This document shows, in pieces, positions 9,481 to 19,701 of a stretch of 64,000 bases of DNA. The notes under the pieces are model-generated. The model ran no database searches, was not told the origin of the DNA, and worked only from the letters and a program-made list of their open reading frames with translations. The stretch's first letter is position 1; every line of letters starts with the position of its first letter. Location of the stretch: assembly GCA_044229975.1 (NCBI GenBank), contig JBGARZ010000006.1, positions 480,001 through 544,000 on the forward strand, written 5' to 3'. This DNA is from Polyangiales bacterium (GTDB lineage Bacteria; Myxococcota_A; Polyangia; Polyangiales; Ga0077539). Made by a program: the position numbers and the translations under genes.

Positions 9481-10032
9481 ATGCGTCTGCCCATCGCCCT
9501 GCTCGTCCTCGCCCTCGTCCCCACCGCGGCCTCGGCCCAGGACGCCCTCTGTGTCCCGGGCTCGCCCTTCTACGAACGCGGTGACTACCGCTGTTTCCCG
9601 CGCCACCCGCAACCCACCCGGGCCCGCGCTTCGGTGCGCGCCGCGGTCGAAGGCGCCCGTCACCTCTCGGGCGGTGGCCTCGACGCCTCCACGCGCGACC
9701 ACCTCGAAGACCACTTCGACGCCCTCGGTGACACCTTCGCCGAGTCGCTCCCGTCGCTCGTCGACGGCCGCGGCGAGCTGCACACCCCCGACGTCCGGCT
9801 GAGCGTGGTGCTGCTCCCGAGCGGATCGGTCGGTCGCGTCCGGGTGCTCTCGCGCCTCAACGATCCCTTCGACCGCCGCATCGCCCAGGCCCTCGTGTCA
9901 TCGGTCTCCGAGCACGGCGGACTGTCCCTCGATGGCAGCGAGGTCGAGGTCATCGTGCGCTTGCACCCGCAGCTCCATTACACCCGCTGGCATCGTCCCC
10001 GTCAGCCGACCTGCTGCTATGAGGACGACTGA
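9481..10032 (+). CDS. Secreted hypothetical protein (possible TonB-C/AgmX-like fold)
   Basis: GGAGG RBS upstream; signal peptide MRLPIALLVLALVPTAASAQ; VVLLPSGSVGRVRV segment. Confidence 0.65.
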   Translation: MRLPIALLVLALVPTAASAQDALCVPGSPFYERGDYRCFPRHPQPTRARASVRAAVEGARHLSGGGLDASTRDHLEDHFDALGDTFAESLPSLVDGRGELHTPDVRLSVVLLPSGSVGRVRVLSRLNDPFDRRIAQALVSSVSEHGGLSLDGSEVEVIVRLHPQLHYTRWHRPRQPTCCYEDD

Positions 10033-10067
10033 CCGCGGCTGACCCTCTCCTCGACGGCGCCGGGTCC

Positions 10068-10811
10068 GTGCCACAATCGCGCCCCGTGGATCCTCCGCTG
10101 GTCGAGCTCCTCTGCCGTCGCGCTGCTTCGGTGACCGACGTCGCCACCCGCGTTCAGCTCTTCCGCGGCATCGTGGTGGTGACCGACCGCGACGAACTCC
10201 GCGCCACCCTCGACCGCCTCATCGAGCTCGCCGGATTGCGTGACTCGCCCGCCCAGGTCGCGCTGCTCACCACCGAGATCGCCCTCTGCTGGGAGCCCGA
10301 GCTCCAACGTGCCGTTCATGGCAGTCGCATGGATGTTCCCGCCGACGCCGTCGACCCCGAGGATGAGCGCCGCATCCCCGACTACGGCCGCGGCCGGGTG
10401 CTCACCCTCGGCGAGCGCAAGTCTCTCGCTCGCCGCCCCGACCGTCGCCTCATCGACCGCGTGCTGCGCGACCCCCACCCCGACGTCATCGAGCTGCTGC
10501 TCATGAACCCCCGGCTCACCGAGCCCGACATCGTCCGGCTCTGCGCGCGCCGACCCAACAACCCCGACATCCTCGTGCGGGTGTTCCGCTCGCCGCGATG
10601 GGCCGTCCAGCCGCGGGTGCGAACGGCGCTCGCGATGAACCCGAGCACGCCGCCCGCCATCGCCGAGGCCGTGGTTCCGATGCTGACGCCGGCTGATCTG
10701 ATCTCGCTCGCCCGCGACGAGCACGCGCCCGCCGCCGTGCGCCGCCGCTGCGTCGAGGTGCTCTCGCGCTTCGCCCCGCTCCACGACGACGACGCGCACG
10801 TCATCCACTGA
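10068..10811 (+). CDS. Hypothetical protein with helical (LRV/HEAT-like) repeats
   Basis: LTLGERKSLARR...DPHPDVIELLLMNPRLTE...VRTALAMNPSTP repeats; typical codon usage. Confidence 0.7.
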   Translation: MPQSRPVDPPLVELLCRRAASVTDVATRVQLFRGIVVVTDRDELRATLDRLIELAGLRDSPAQVALLTTEIALCWEPELQRAVHGSRMDVPADAVDPEDERRIPDYGRGRVLTLGERKSLARRPDRRLIDRVLRDPHPDVIELLLMNPRLTEPDIVRLCARRPNNPDILVRVFRSPRWAVQPRVRTALAMNPSTPPAIAEAVVPMLTPADLISLARDEHAPAAVRRRCVEVLSRFAPLHDDDAHVIH

Positions 10812-10851
10812 CGGGAAGGGCGCGATGCTCTCCTCCGACGATACGTTGGCC

Positions 10852-10913
10852 TCGGTCGCAGTGGTCGGGCCCCACGCCGCGGCGTGGGCCCCAGTGACCG
10901 CGGGGCCGACCGA
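10852..10913. repeat. REP-like palindromic element, family A copy 1
   Basis: Perfect 18-bp palindrome CCCACGCCGCGGCGTGGG (10871-10888) flanked by TCGGTCG/CGACCGA; 10874-10912 matches 56261-56299 at 35/39 positions. Confidence 0.75.
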
Positions 10914-10950
10914 CGTGCAATGCCTCCCAACACGACCGACCCGGGATGCT

Positions 10951-12999
10951 CTACCGCGGCGGCAGGTACCAGATCGGCGACGTCCAGGCGCGCTCCTGCA
11001 CCGTGTCCGGCAGCGACCCGTCGCAGCACGCCCGCAGCGCCGACCCCGCCGCCACCGTCGCGCAGTCCACCCGCAACCGATTGCACAACTGTCGGCTCCA
11101 TCGGCACGTCGGGTCCTCCAGCACCCGCGCGTACCAGAACGCCGCCGCGCTCGCGTTGAAGTCCGGGTCCTCCCACACGCCGCACCGCGCCGCCGCGCCC
11201 GGTGTCCCGCGCGTCGTGCACGTCGCCACGTCCACCGTCGCGCCCGTCGCGTCGCCGTCCACGCGAAACACCCGCTCGTGCGTCCCGGTCGCGTCGGCCC
11301 AGCCCTTCACGATCTCCAGTCGCTGCAACGGTGACCCCATCGCGTCACGCAGCGCGCTCACCACGAACCTCGGCGCCCCCGCCCCTGCCGGTCTCACCGG
11401 CAGATCCGAGCCCATCGGAACCCCCATCGCATAACCCTGTGCCGCCAGATCGCGCGCGTCACACAGCCCCGTCGGCAGCGACCACCCCGCGAAGAACCTC
11501 ACCACCGGGCGCGTCCCGCTCGTGGCGTACGACTCGCGCCGACGCATCGCCGCGAAGAGCGAGTCGCGCGAGTTCTCTTCAGCCCACAACACGGTCAACC
11601 CGCCAGGGCTGTTGACCCGCACGGTGATGGGGCGGCCCGTTCCTTCGGGCGTGAGCAACCCCTCGGGCGTGTCGTCGCCGCGGCCTGCGTGACCGGGGAA
11701 GTTGCTCTCGTCGACGTTGCCGGGCGTGGCGTTGTGGGTGTCGGTTCCGCCGACGAAGCCGAGATGAAAGGGGTCGGCCCCGGTGCGAAGGTACTCCGCG
11801 AGACCGCGGCGCATCGCCGGTCGGATGAAGTCGCCGGGCTCGACGCACGCGCCCGCGAGCCCGATGCCTCCCGCCACCGAACACAACGGCGTGCACCCCG
11901 GCGGAGCATTGGGCGCGCTGCACGGAACCGTCGTGAGCTGCTCGAAGCGACACGCCTCGTCCTCGCTCCCGAGAACGCTCGCCGACCCGGTGATGCACTC
12001 CGACGAGCCCTTGTGCTGATAGACCTCCACCAGCGGCTCGATGCGCGCACGACGCGCGGCGAAGGCAGCGTCGTAGGCGCGACCGTCCTCGGTCACGGCC
12101 GCGAACATCAGCCCCGCCGACTGGTTGCTGTTGTGGGGGATCGCGAGGACGTCGCACGGCGTTCCGGTGGAGAGGCAGTCACGTTCGAGGGCGGTCCAGA
12201 GCTGGTCGGGCGTCGGCGTCTCGATGTAGCTGACGGGCGTTCGGGGGACGCTGCGGTTACGGAAGATGACGTTGCGGTGGAGGTTGTTGGCGCCGGGCGA
12301 GCCGGTCCATTCGTAGCCGACGAAGGTGGTGAAGCGGCAGTCGTCGGTGCGGTCGTAGGCGTCCTCGGCGGCCTGCTGGATCTCCCCCCACACGGTCTGG
12401 AGCTGCGTCTCGCAGAGGCCCTCGTTGCCGCCGCGGCAGATGAGCGGGCGGACGGGCGTTCGGGATGAGAGCGGGACGGCGTAGTCGGTGGCGGCGACGA
12501 AGGTGGTCTCGCGCTGCTCGCGGCAGGTGCGCGAGTCGTAGATGGCCGAACCGCGCGTGGTGCAGAGGTTGGTCTCGGCGAGAAACTCGGAGTGGTCGGT
12601 GACGGCCGTGAAGTCGAGCGGGCGGGTGAGCTGCGCGCTGCGGGTGGCGCGCCCGGCGGCGTCGTACGGAGGGAGGTCGATGCGCTCGCCGCGGGCGAAG
12701 CGGTAGGCGTCGGCGGGGCGAGCGCGGGTGCCCCAGGTGGCGGCGTCGAAGGAGAGCGCGGTGTGAACGTGGAGGTCGCCGAAGAAGGGCTCGCGCAACG
12801 GGTTGCGACGGCGACACGCGACGTGATCGTCGGGGCGCACGATGACGCGGGGGAGGTCTTCGGGCGGCGCGTCGACGGCGGCATCGGTGACGACATCGAC
12901 GGCATCGACCGCGGCGTCAAGAACAGGCGTCGGCGTGGTGGACGACTCGCAGGCGGCGAGCGCGAGGGGGACGGCGAGCGCGAGCCACTTGTCGGCCAT
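10951..12999 (-). CDS. DUF3604 family lipoprotein (PHP-like metallohydrolase)
   Basis: Lipobox LALAAC; FFGDLHVHT.LSFDA, LDFTAVTDHSE, GYEWT, NLHRNVIFR, IPHNSN, GTDTH, QERAWTSPIWY. Confidence 0.88.
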   Translation of the reverse strand: MADKWLALAVPLALAACESSTTPTPVLDAAVDAVDVVTDAAVDAPPEDLPRVIVRPDDHVACRRRNPLREPFFGDLHVHTALSFDAATWGTRARPADAYRFARGERIDLPPYDAAGRATRSAQLTRPLDFTAVTDHSEFLAETNLCTTRGSAIYDSRTCREQRETTFVAATDYAVPLSSRTPVRPLICRGGNEGLCETQLQTVWGEIQQAAEDAYDRTDDCRFTTFVGYEWTGSPGANNLHRNVIFRNRSVPRTPVSYIETPTPDQLWTALERDCLSTGTPCDVLAIPHNSNQSAGLMFAAVTEDGRAYDAAFAARRARIEPLVEVYQHKGSSECITGSASVLGSEDEACRFEQLTTVPCSAPNAPPGCTPLCSVAGGIGLAGACVEPGDFIRPAMRRGLAEYLRTGADPFHLGFVGGTDTHNATPGNVDESNFPGHAGRGDDTPEGLLTPEGTGRPITVRVNSPGGLTVLWAEENSRDSLFAAMRRRESYATSGTRPVVRFFAGWSLPTGLCDARDLAAQGYAMGVPMGSDLPVRPAGAGAPRFVVSALRDAMGSPLQRLEIVKGWADATGTHERVFRVDGDATGATVDVATCTTRGTPGAAARCGVWEDPDFNASAAAFWYARVLEDPTCRWSRQLCNRLRVDCATVAAGSALRACCDGSLPDTVQERAWTSPIWYLPPR

Positions 13000-13026
13000 G
13001 GCGGGACACCTATAGCGTGCGGCGCC

Positions 13027-13863
13027 GTGAGCGAGCGAAGGGAAAGCGCGGCGCTCCGTGTGTGGCGCGCTCACCCGATGGTGCGCTTCGTCGTACTGGG
13101 AGCGGCGCTCTTCGCGCTCGATCGCTGGCGACACCCACCGGCGCGGGGCAACGACCGGAGCGACATCGTTCTGTCGCGGGACTTCGTCGCCAACCTGCGC
13201 GCGGGGCTCGGTCGCGAGCGGGGCAGGGCGGCGACGGACGCGGAGTTCGAGGCGCGGTTGCAGGAGTACGTCCACGACGAGGCGCTGTACCGCAGCGCGC
13301 TGGCGATGGGACTCGACCGCGGCGACGGGATCATCCGACGCCGATTGGTTCAGAAGGCGAACTATCTGCTGGAGTCGGAGGCGGAGCCGGGGACGCCCAC
13401 CGAGGCCGCGCTGCGCGGGTGGTACGACGCGCACCGAGAGCGCTACCAGACGGGCGCGCGGGTGGACTTCGAGCAGCGGTTCTTCTCGGGCGATCGTCGC
13501 GGATTGCGGGCTGCGGACGATGCTCGGAGCGCCCTGGCCGCGGGCGTTGGTGACGGGACGGGCGACCCGTTTCTGCGGGGCGAGCGCTTCGTGGACGTGG
13601 GCACGGCGGAGGTCGCGGGTGCCTTCGGCGATGCCTTCGCGACGGCGCTGGCGGGCGCACCGGTGGGGCAGTGGAGCGGACCGATCGCGAGCGCGCATGG
13701 TCAGCATCTGGTGCGGGTGACGGCGCGGCGTGAGGCGGCGACGGCGACCTTCGAGGGAGCGCGCGAAGCGGCGACGCGGGACTGGCGCGAGGCCGAGCGG
13801 GCACGACGAACAGAGGCAGCGACAAGAGCGCTGATCGCGGGCTATCGGGTGGTGCGCGAGTGA
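13027..13863 (+). CDS. PpiC-type (parvulin/rotamase) domain protein
   Basis: HPMVRFVVLGAALF, EALYRSALAMGLDRGDGIIRRRLVQK, FGDAFA, WSGPIASAHGQHLV. Alternative start ATG 13078. Confidence 0.82.
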   Translation: MSERRESAALRVWRAHPMVRFVVLGAALFALDRWRHPPARGNDRSDIVLSRDFVANLRAGLGRERGRAATDAEFEARLQEYVHDEALYRSALAMGLDRGDGIIRRRLVQKANYLLESEAEPGTPTEAALRGWYDAHRERYQTGARVDFEQRFFSGDRRGLRAADDARSALAAGVGDGTGDPFLRGERFVDVGTAEVAGAFGDAFATALAGAPVGQWSGPIASAHGQHLVRVTARREAATATFEGAREAATRDWREAERARRTEAATRALIAGYRVVRE

Positions 13864-14813
13864 GGGCGCGGTGGTGGTGTGCGGCGGCGGTGTTGGCTCC
13901 GGCGGTGGCGTGGGGGCACCCGCTGGCGCTGGGTCTCATCGAGCTGACGGAGCAGCGGGGCGGTCGCGTCGCGGTGACGATGCGCGTCTCGGGGACCGAG
14001 CAGCAGGGCAGCGCGGTCTCGATGGATCCGCCAGCGGGGTGTCGCGCGATGACACCGCTGGCGATGCGCGAAGCGGGCGACACGTGGGAGGGACGAACGA
14101 CATGGCAGTGCGCGCGGGGCCTGCGCGGCGCGGCGATGAGGGTGCGCGGGCTGGAGGGTTCGGAGGTGCAGCTCGTGGTTCGCGCGCGGCTCGCGGATGG
14201 CGCGGTGAGCGAGGCGCGACTCGACGACGAGCGGCGGAGGTTCGTGGTCGCGAGGGAGGCGCGGCGGTGGGCGGTGGCGTGGTCGTATCTGCGGATGGGC
14301 GTTCGGCACATCGCGGAGGGGGTCGATCACCTGGCCTTCGTGGCGTGCCTCGCGCTGTGGGTGGGCGCGACGCGCGGCATCTGGTGGGCGGTGACGGGCT
14401 TCACGTTGGGTCACAGCGTCACGCTGGCGCTGGCTGCGACGGGGAGGGTGAGCGTCCCGGCGCGACCGGTGGAGGCGTGCATCGCGCTGAGCGTGGTGAT
14501 GCTCGCGTGGGAGGTGGCGCGTGGGAGCGGAGCGCCGAGGAGGGCGTGGGTCATGGCGGCGGGCTTCGGGCTGCTGCATGGACTGGGCTTCGCGTCGGCG
14601 CTGCGGGAGGTCGGGCTGCCGCGCGAGGCGTTGGGGACGGCGCTGGTGGCGTTCAATGCGGGGGTGGAGGTCGGGCAGGTGGCCTTCGTGGCGCTGGCGA
14701 TGGGCGCGGCGTGGCTGGTGCGGCGCGCGGGCGTCGACGTGCAGCGGGCGCGCGGTTGGGCGGCGAACCTGGCGGGCGCGTGGGCCGTGATGCTGCTGTT
14801 GCAGCGGGTGTGA
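13860..14813 (+). CDS. HupE/UreJ family membrane protein
   Basis: Signal peptide ending AWGH; GVRHIAEGVDHLAF, TGFTLGHSVTL, VEACIALSV, FGLLHGLGFA, FNAGVEVGQ. Confidence 0.9.
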   Translation: MRARWWCAAAVLAPAVAWGHPLALGLIELTEQRGGRVAVTMRVSGTEQQGSAVSMDPPAGCRAMTPLAMREAGDTWEGRTTWQCARGLRGAAMRVRGLEGSEVQLVVRARLADGAVSEARLDDERRRFVVAREARRWAVAWSYLRMGVRHIAEGVDHLAFVACLALWVGATRGIWWAVTGFTLGHSVTLALAATGRVSVPARPVEACIALSVVMLAWEVARGSGAPRRAWVMAAGFGLLHGLGFASALREVGLPREALGTALVAFNAGVEVGQVAFVALAMGAAWLVRRAGVDVQRARGWAANLAGAWAVMLLLQRV

Positions 14814-14858
14814 GCGGGACACTGGACGGCCCGCGTGGGCATCGCCATAAGAGGCGCC

Positions 14859-15578
14859 ATGGCGGCATCAACGGGTGAGTGGAAGGTCTTGCGGCACGGG
14901 CCGATCGAGAAGCTCGCGGACAACCTCTGGCGGGTCACTGGAGCGCTGCCGGGGATGTCGCTGGAGCGCACCATGGTCATCGCGCGGCTGCGATCGGGGG
15001 AGCTGGTGATCCACAACGCCATCGCCATGGACGAAGCGTCCATGAAGGAGATCGAGGCGTGGGGGACGCCAGCGTTCATCGTGGTGCCCAATGGGGGGCA
15101 TCGGCTCGACGCGCCGGCCTTCAAGAAGCGCTACCCCACTGCGAAGGTGATGGCGCCGCGCGGCAGCCGCGAGAAGGTGGCGCAGGTGGTGGCCGTCGAC
15201 CTCGACTACGAGGGCTTCCCGACGGGCGACGACACGGTGCGCTTCGAGACGCTACGCGGCGTGGGAGAGAGCGAGGGCGCGATGATCGTTCGCTCGGCCG
15301 ACGGGGTGTCGGTGGTGCTCAACGACGTGATGTTCAACATGGACACCAAGAAGGATCCGTTGGGGTGGTTCTTCACGACGGTGATGGGGTCGGCGCCGGG
15401 TCCGCGGGTGTCGCGGCTGGCGAAGCTGGTGTTCGTGAAGGACAAGAAGGCGCTGCGCGGGGAGTTCGAGCGGCTCGCCGCGACGCCCGATCTGGTGCGT
15501 GTGATCGTGGCGCACGAGAAGGTCGCGAGCGGCGCGGAGGCGGCGGCGTCGCTGCGGCAGGCCGCGACGTATCTGTGA
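14859..15578 (+). CDS. Metallo-beta-lactamase-fold protein (DUF4336-like)
   Basis: RTMVIARLRSGELVIHNAI, IVVPNGGHRLD, NDVMFN, VIVAH. Confidence 0.7.
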   Translation: MAASTGEWKVLRHGPIEKLADNLWRVTGALPGMSLERTMVIARLRSGELVIHNAIAMDEASMKEIEAWGTPAFIVVPNGGHRLDAPAFKKRYPTAKVMAPRGSREKVAQVVAVDLDYEGFPTGDDTVRFETLRGVGESEGAMIVRSADGVSVVLNDVMFNMDTKKDPLGWFFTTVMGSAPGPRVSRLAKLVFVKDKKALRGEFERLAATPDLVRVIVAHEKVASGAEAAASLRQAATYL

Positions 15579-15583
15579 GCGGA

Positions 15584-16519
15584 TCAGCGCTTCGCTGAGC
15601 GTGACTTCGACGAGGGGGGGCGCACCACAGCGGCGGCGGTGGCGAGCGTCGCCGCGCGGCGGATCCACCGATCGAGCGTCGCGAGGTCGGTGCAGGCGAC
15701 CACCCGCGCGCGGACCTCCTCGGAGACCGGGATGCCGCGCGCCGCGAGCACATCGAGGATCGCCGCGGCCTTTCCTTCGGCCTTTCCTTCGGCCTTTCCC
15801 TTGGCCTCGCCCTTCGATTGGGCATCGTCGAGGCTCTCCTGCCACGGAGACGGGAGCTTGATGGCGGCGAACGAGGGGTGGAGCATGAGCTTCTCCAGAC
15901 GCTTGCGAAACGCGGGGGCGAGCGCCTCCAACAGCATCGCAAGGTACCCGGCGCGGTGCTTGACGTCGAGGGCGCCGAGAGCAACCGGCAGCACCGGGAG
16001 CAGCACCCCTCCTTCGGGACTCCGTCCGTGGGAGACCGCCGCCAGGAGGGTGAGCTCAGGGTGGCTTCGTGCGACGTCGGGTTCGGTGATGGGCGGAAGC
16101 TCTTCGGGACCGAGCACGGCGGGGATGAGGCTCGGCACCCCAGGAGTGAGCTCGATCGGCTGACGCGCCCACGCGGCCACCGCATCGGTCGGGGCGATGA
16201 CGAGCAGCCACACGGGTCGGCGCGTGCGGGCCCGCAGCGCGGAGACGTACACGGGCCACGTGAAGGGCTTGTCGGCGTCTACCCCGAGCTGCACCTCCAC
16301 GACGATGGAGCCGGTGAGCGCGTTGTCTCCGTCACGGAGCTCGACCACGAGGTCGGCGCGAAACTCCACCGACACGAGCTGATCGAGCGCGGTCTCGGTG
16401 GGAGTCGCCGTCGCGAAGGTCGGCAGCGCGGCGTGCGCGGCGCGGGCGATGAGCTCAACGGCCAGGGCAGGCCGCACGCGGAACAGCTCGATGAGCGCCT
16501 GGTGGGTCGTCGACGGCAT
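15584..16519 (-). CDS. Rpn/PD-(D/E)XK-like hypothetical protein
   Basis: HQALIELFR, EFRADLVV...IVVEVQL...K.FTWPVY; GKAEGKAEGKA repeats and a C-terminal LDRWIRRA tail. Confidence 0.7.
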   Translation of the reverse strand: MPSTTHQALIELFRVRPALAVELIARAAHAALPTFATATPTETALDQLVSVEFRADLVVELRDGDNALTGSIVVEVQLGVDADKPFTWPVYVSALRARTRRPVWLLVIAPTDAVAAWARQPIELTPGVPSLIPAVLGPEELPPITEPDVARSHPELTLLAAVSHGRSPEGGVLLPVLPVALGALDVKHRAGYLAMLLEALAPAFRKRLEKLMLHPSFAAIKLPSPWQESLDDAQSKGEAKGKAEGKAEGKAAAILDVLAARGIPVSEEVRARVVACTDLATLDRWIRRAATLATAAAVVRPPSSKSRSAKR

Positions 16520-16582
16520 CGCGGAGCCATCGTCGTCGCACGGGCGAACGGGCGACGGCAACTGTGGGCTCCCGAGTTCCGC

Positions 16583-18034
16583 TCACCCCCGCGTGACGGC
16601 CATCGGATACGCGCAGTACAGCGTCGAAAACGACCCCGCCGGCCTGTGATTCCCGCTCCGTCGCACCCCGCCAAACGGCAGCCGGCTCGACGCGCCCACG
16701 GTCGGCGCGTTCCAGCTCAGCGCGCCTACGTGGAGTCCGCGCGCGGCCCGCTCGAAGCGCTGCTCGCTCGCAGTCCACACGCCCGCGGTGAGCCCGTAGT
16801 CGGTGTCGTCCGCCACCGCGATGGCCTCCTCCAGATCGTCCACCACGTACACCGCCAGGTCCGGCCCGAACGCCTCTTCGCGCTGATACGCGCTGTGCTT
16901 CTCGCGCCTCGTCACCACCCGCACGCGCGGCGTCACGTAGCACCCGCGGTGCGCCCGTCCCTCCCACGTCACGCTCGCCTCGGTCGGCGCGATCACCGCC
17001 GTCGCGCCTTCCCCTTCCGCGAGCCGTTGCAGCGCCTCGAACTTCTCCACCGCCTTCGGCGACGCCAGCGGCCCGCAGAACGCCGTCGCATCCATCGGGT
17101 GCCCGATCAACAGACCCGCCGCCCGCGTCGCCACCGCGTCGATGAAGCGCTCGGAGATGGCCCGCGTGACCACCAGCCGCGACGCACACGAGCACCGCTG
17201 CCCGGTGGTGACAAACGCGCTCTGCACCACGTCCTCCACGGCCTTCTCGAAGGGCGCGTCGTCGAGCACCACGGCGGCGTTCTTCCCTCCCAGTTCGAGC
17301 GCGAGGATGCGCCCTGGCGTCGCCACGTTGGCCCGCCGCAGCTTCTCGCCCACGCCGTACGACCCGGTGAACAACACCCCGTCGACGCCCGCGTGGTTGC
17401 CCAGCGCCGCGCCCACCGAACCCTCTCCCTGCACCAGGTTGAACACCCCCGGCGGGAAGCCCACCGACTCGACGACCTTCGCGTAGACGATGGCGCAGCC
17501 CGGCGTGAGCTCGCTCGGCTTGAACACCACCGTGTTGCCCATGAGCAGCGCCGGGACGATGTGCCCGTGCGGCAGGTGCAGCGGGAAGTTGAAGGGCCCC
17601 AGCACCGCGAGCACACCGTGCGGCCGCCAGCGCCACGAGAAGCGCTCGTCGAGCGTCGTGTCGCGCACCAACGCCGCACCGTCGGCGAGGGTGATGTCCA
17701 CCTTGGCGATCATCGCCTTCACCTCGGCGCGCGCCTCGCGGAGCACCTTCCCCATCTCGCGGGTGATCGCGAGGGCGAGGGCGTTTTCATGCTGCGTGAG
17801 CGCGTCGCGGAGCTTCGTCAGCAGGGCCGCGCGGGCTTCGACACCCAGCGCGTCCCAGGCGGGTTGCGCCTCGCGGGCGGCGGCGACGGCGTCGTCGACG
17901 TGGGCGAGCGCGTAGGCCACGGGCGGCAGCGCGTCGTCGAGGTCGGCGGGCGCATGGCGGGTCAGCACACCATCGGGAGCGACCGCGGGCACCCAACGCC
18001 CACGGAGAAACGAACCGGCGTCATCGGGGATCAT
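16583..18034 (-). CDS. astD: Aldehyde dehydrogenase, succinylglutamate-semialdehyde dehydrogenase-like
   Basis: GPFNFPLHLPHGHIVPAL, KPSE, FTGS, ALELGGKN, catalytic GQRCSCA, EAFGP, GASSRLPFGGVRRSGNHRP. Confidence 0.75.
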   Translation of the reverse strand: MIPDDAGSFLRGRWVPAVAPDGVLTRHAPADLDDALPPVAYALAHVDDAVAAAREAQPAWDALGVEARAALLTKLRDALTQHENALALAITREMGKVLREARAEVKAMIAKVDITLADGAALVRDTTLDERFSWRWRPHGVLAVLGPFNFPLHLPHGHIVPALLMGNTVVFKPSELTPGCAIVYAKVVESVGFPPGVFNLVQGEGSVGAALGNHAGVDGVLFTGSYGVGEKLRRANVATPGRILALELGGKNAAVVLDDAPFEKAVEDVVQSAFVTTGQRCSCASRLVVTRAISERFIDAVATRAAGLLIGHPMDATAFCGPLASPKAVEKFEALQRLAEGEGATAVIAPTEASVTWEGRAHRGCYVTPRVRVVTRREKHSAYQREEAFGPDLAVYVVDDLEEAIAVADDTDYGLTAGVWTASEQRFERAARGLHVGALSWNAPTVGASSRLPFGGVRRSGNHRPAGSFSTLYCAYPMAVTRG

Positions 18035-18058
18035 CGCCGCGAGGATGCCACCGATCCG

Positions 18059-19663
18059 CTACACCCGGCTCGCCCCGCGCAGCCACGGCAGCGCCTTCAC
18101 CGGCTCCGCCGCGATGGCGCTCAACACACCACCCACGAAGGCGCCCATCACGCCGACGGAGGCCATGTCGCTGCCCGACAGGAAGAGGTCGCGCACGGGC
18201 GTTCGCGGGCGGAGGTACTGGTTGCGGTAGCGCTCAGGCGTCGGCTCGATGCCGTAGATCGCACCGGCCGGCGCGCGGGTGAAGTGCTCCGTCGAGATCG
18301 GCGTCGACAGCTCCGCGAAGGCCAGCATCGGCGCCAGCGCGGGCATGTGCTCAAGAAACTGCTTCCGAATGCGCTCGGTGAGGCTCTCCTTCAGCGCGTC
18401 GTAGTCCTCGCCGCGGCGCTTCCATCGCTTGTCGGCCCACTCGCGGAAGAACTCATACGGGACGAAGGTCACCACCTCACCCGTGTGCAGCTCGTCGGGT
18501 CCGGGGTCGTGCTGCGGGTCCTTCAGCGACGGAAACGATGTGTACAGACACGGCGCCCGCGCGCTCGGATCGGCCACGTCCCACTCGGGCTTCTCCGTCG
18601 ACCACGTCTCGTAGAACCACTTGTTGGCCGCGGTCGCGCCCGCCTTCCGGATGTCGCCCTTGAAGCCGAGGTACAGGCACACATGACACGGCGACGGCTT
18701 GAGCGACGCGATGGACCTCGCCCACGGCTTCTCCCGCTCGGCCAACGGCAGCAGCTTCGTCACCGTCGTCAAAGCACCCGCCGCGCTGATGACACGCCGC
18801 GCGCGAATCACCTCGCCGTCCTTCAAGCGCACCCCGACCGCGCGGTTGTCTTCAATCAAGATCTCTTCCACCGACGCGTTGATGCGCGTGAACCCGCCGC
18901 CCTCGGCGACCGTCGCGAGCAGCCCCTCGGCGATGCTGGCTGATCCGCCCTTCGGATAGAACCCGCCGTGCAGGAAGTGCCTCGCCACCAGCGCATGGAT
19001 GGCGAACGAGCTCCGGTCGGGAGTCACCCCGTAGTAGCCCCACTGCGCCGTCAACACGCTCTTGAGCTTCTCGTCGCGGGTGATGCCGTCGAGCACGTCG
19101 CGGGTGCGGGTGAGCAGGAGCTTCGTGGCGTCGGGCGCGATGACCCCATCGGTGACGCCCGACCACGACGGCGGCATCAGCCGAGAGAGGTAGTAGCGGC
19201 GCATGCCCGAGGAGACCTCGCGCGCCGTTTGGAGGTAGCGCGCGATGGCGTCGGCCTCCTTCGGAAACGCCTCGACCAGGTTGGCCTCGAACTGCTGCTT
19301 GCTGTCCGGGAAGTCGATGCGCAGGTCGGGGAAATAGAACTCGTCGTACACGCCGCCCAGCGACGTCCATTCGAGGCGGTTGCGGGTGAGGGCGCGCAGC
19401 ACGCGGCCGATGACCGAGCGCGAGTCCACCTCACCGACGGCGTGCACGCCGACGTCCCAGCTCCAGCGCTTGCGCTTGAAGGTGTGCGTGAACCCGCCCG
19501 GAACGTAGTGCTGTTCGAGCACCAGCACGCGGCGTCCGAGGCGCGAGAGCATCGCGGCGGTGGTCATGCCGCCCATGCCCGACCCGATGACCACTGCGTC
19601 CCACGGGCCGGGCGGAGACTTGGTGTCGTAGTGGCGTTGGCGGGACGGGCGGGCAGTGCTCAT
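18059..19663 (-). CDS. FAD-dependent oxidoreductase, phytoene desaturase / retinol saturase family
   Basis: VIGSGMGG Rossmann motif, LEQHYVPGGFTHTF, WDVGVH, YPKGG, STP...GAIYG, LFLSG. Confidence 0.85.
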   Translation of the reverse strand: MSTARPSRQRHYDTKSPPGPWDAVVIGSGMGGMTTAAMLSRLGRRVLVLEQHYVPGGFTHTFKRKRWSWDVGVHAVGEVDSRSVIGRVLRALTRNRLEWTSLGGVYDEFYFPDLRIDFPDSKQQFEANLVEAFPKEADAIARYLQTAREVSSGMRRYYLSRLMPPSWSGVTDGVIAPDATKLLLTRTRDVLDGITRDEKLKSVLTAQWGYYGVTPDRSSFAIHALVARHFLHGGFYPKGGSASIAEGLLATVAEGGGFTRINASVEEILIEDNRAVGVRLKDGEVIRARRVISAAGALTTVTKLLPLAEREKPWARSIASLKPSPCHVCLYLGFKGDIRKAGATAANKWFYETWSTEKPEWDVADPSARAPCLYTSFPSLKDPQHDPGPDELHTGEVVTFVPYEFFREWADKRWKRRGEDYDALKESLTERIRKQFLEHMPALAPMLAFAELSTPISTEHFTRAPAGAIYGIEPTPERYRNQYLRPRTPVRDLFLSGSDMASVGVMGAFVGGVLSAIAAEPVKALPWLRGASRV

Positions 19664-19701
19664 GGGGCGCGCAATGTATCAAAACCCGTCGCGCCGAAGG
19701 T

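Noticed and set aside
15584..16519. Rpn-like gene as an insertion sequence
   Set aside because: No TIRs or TSD found by eye
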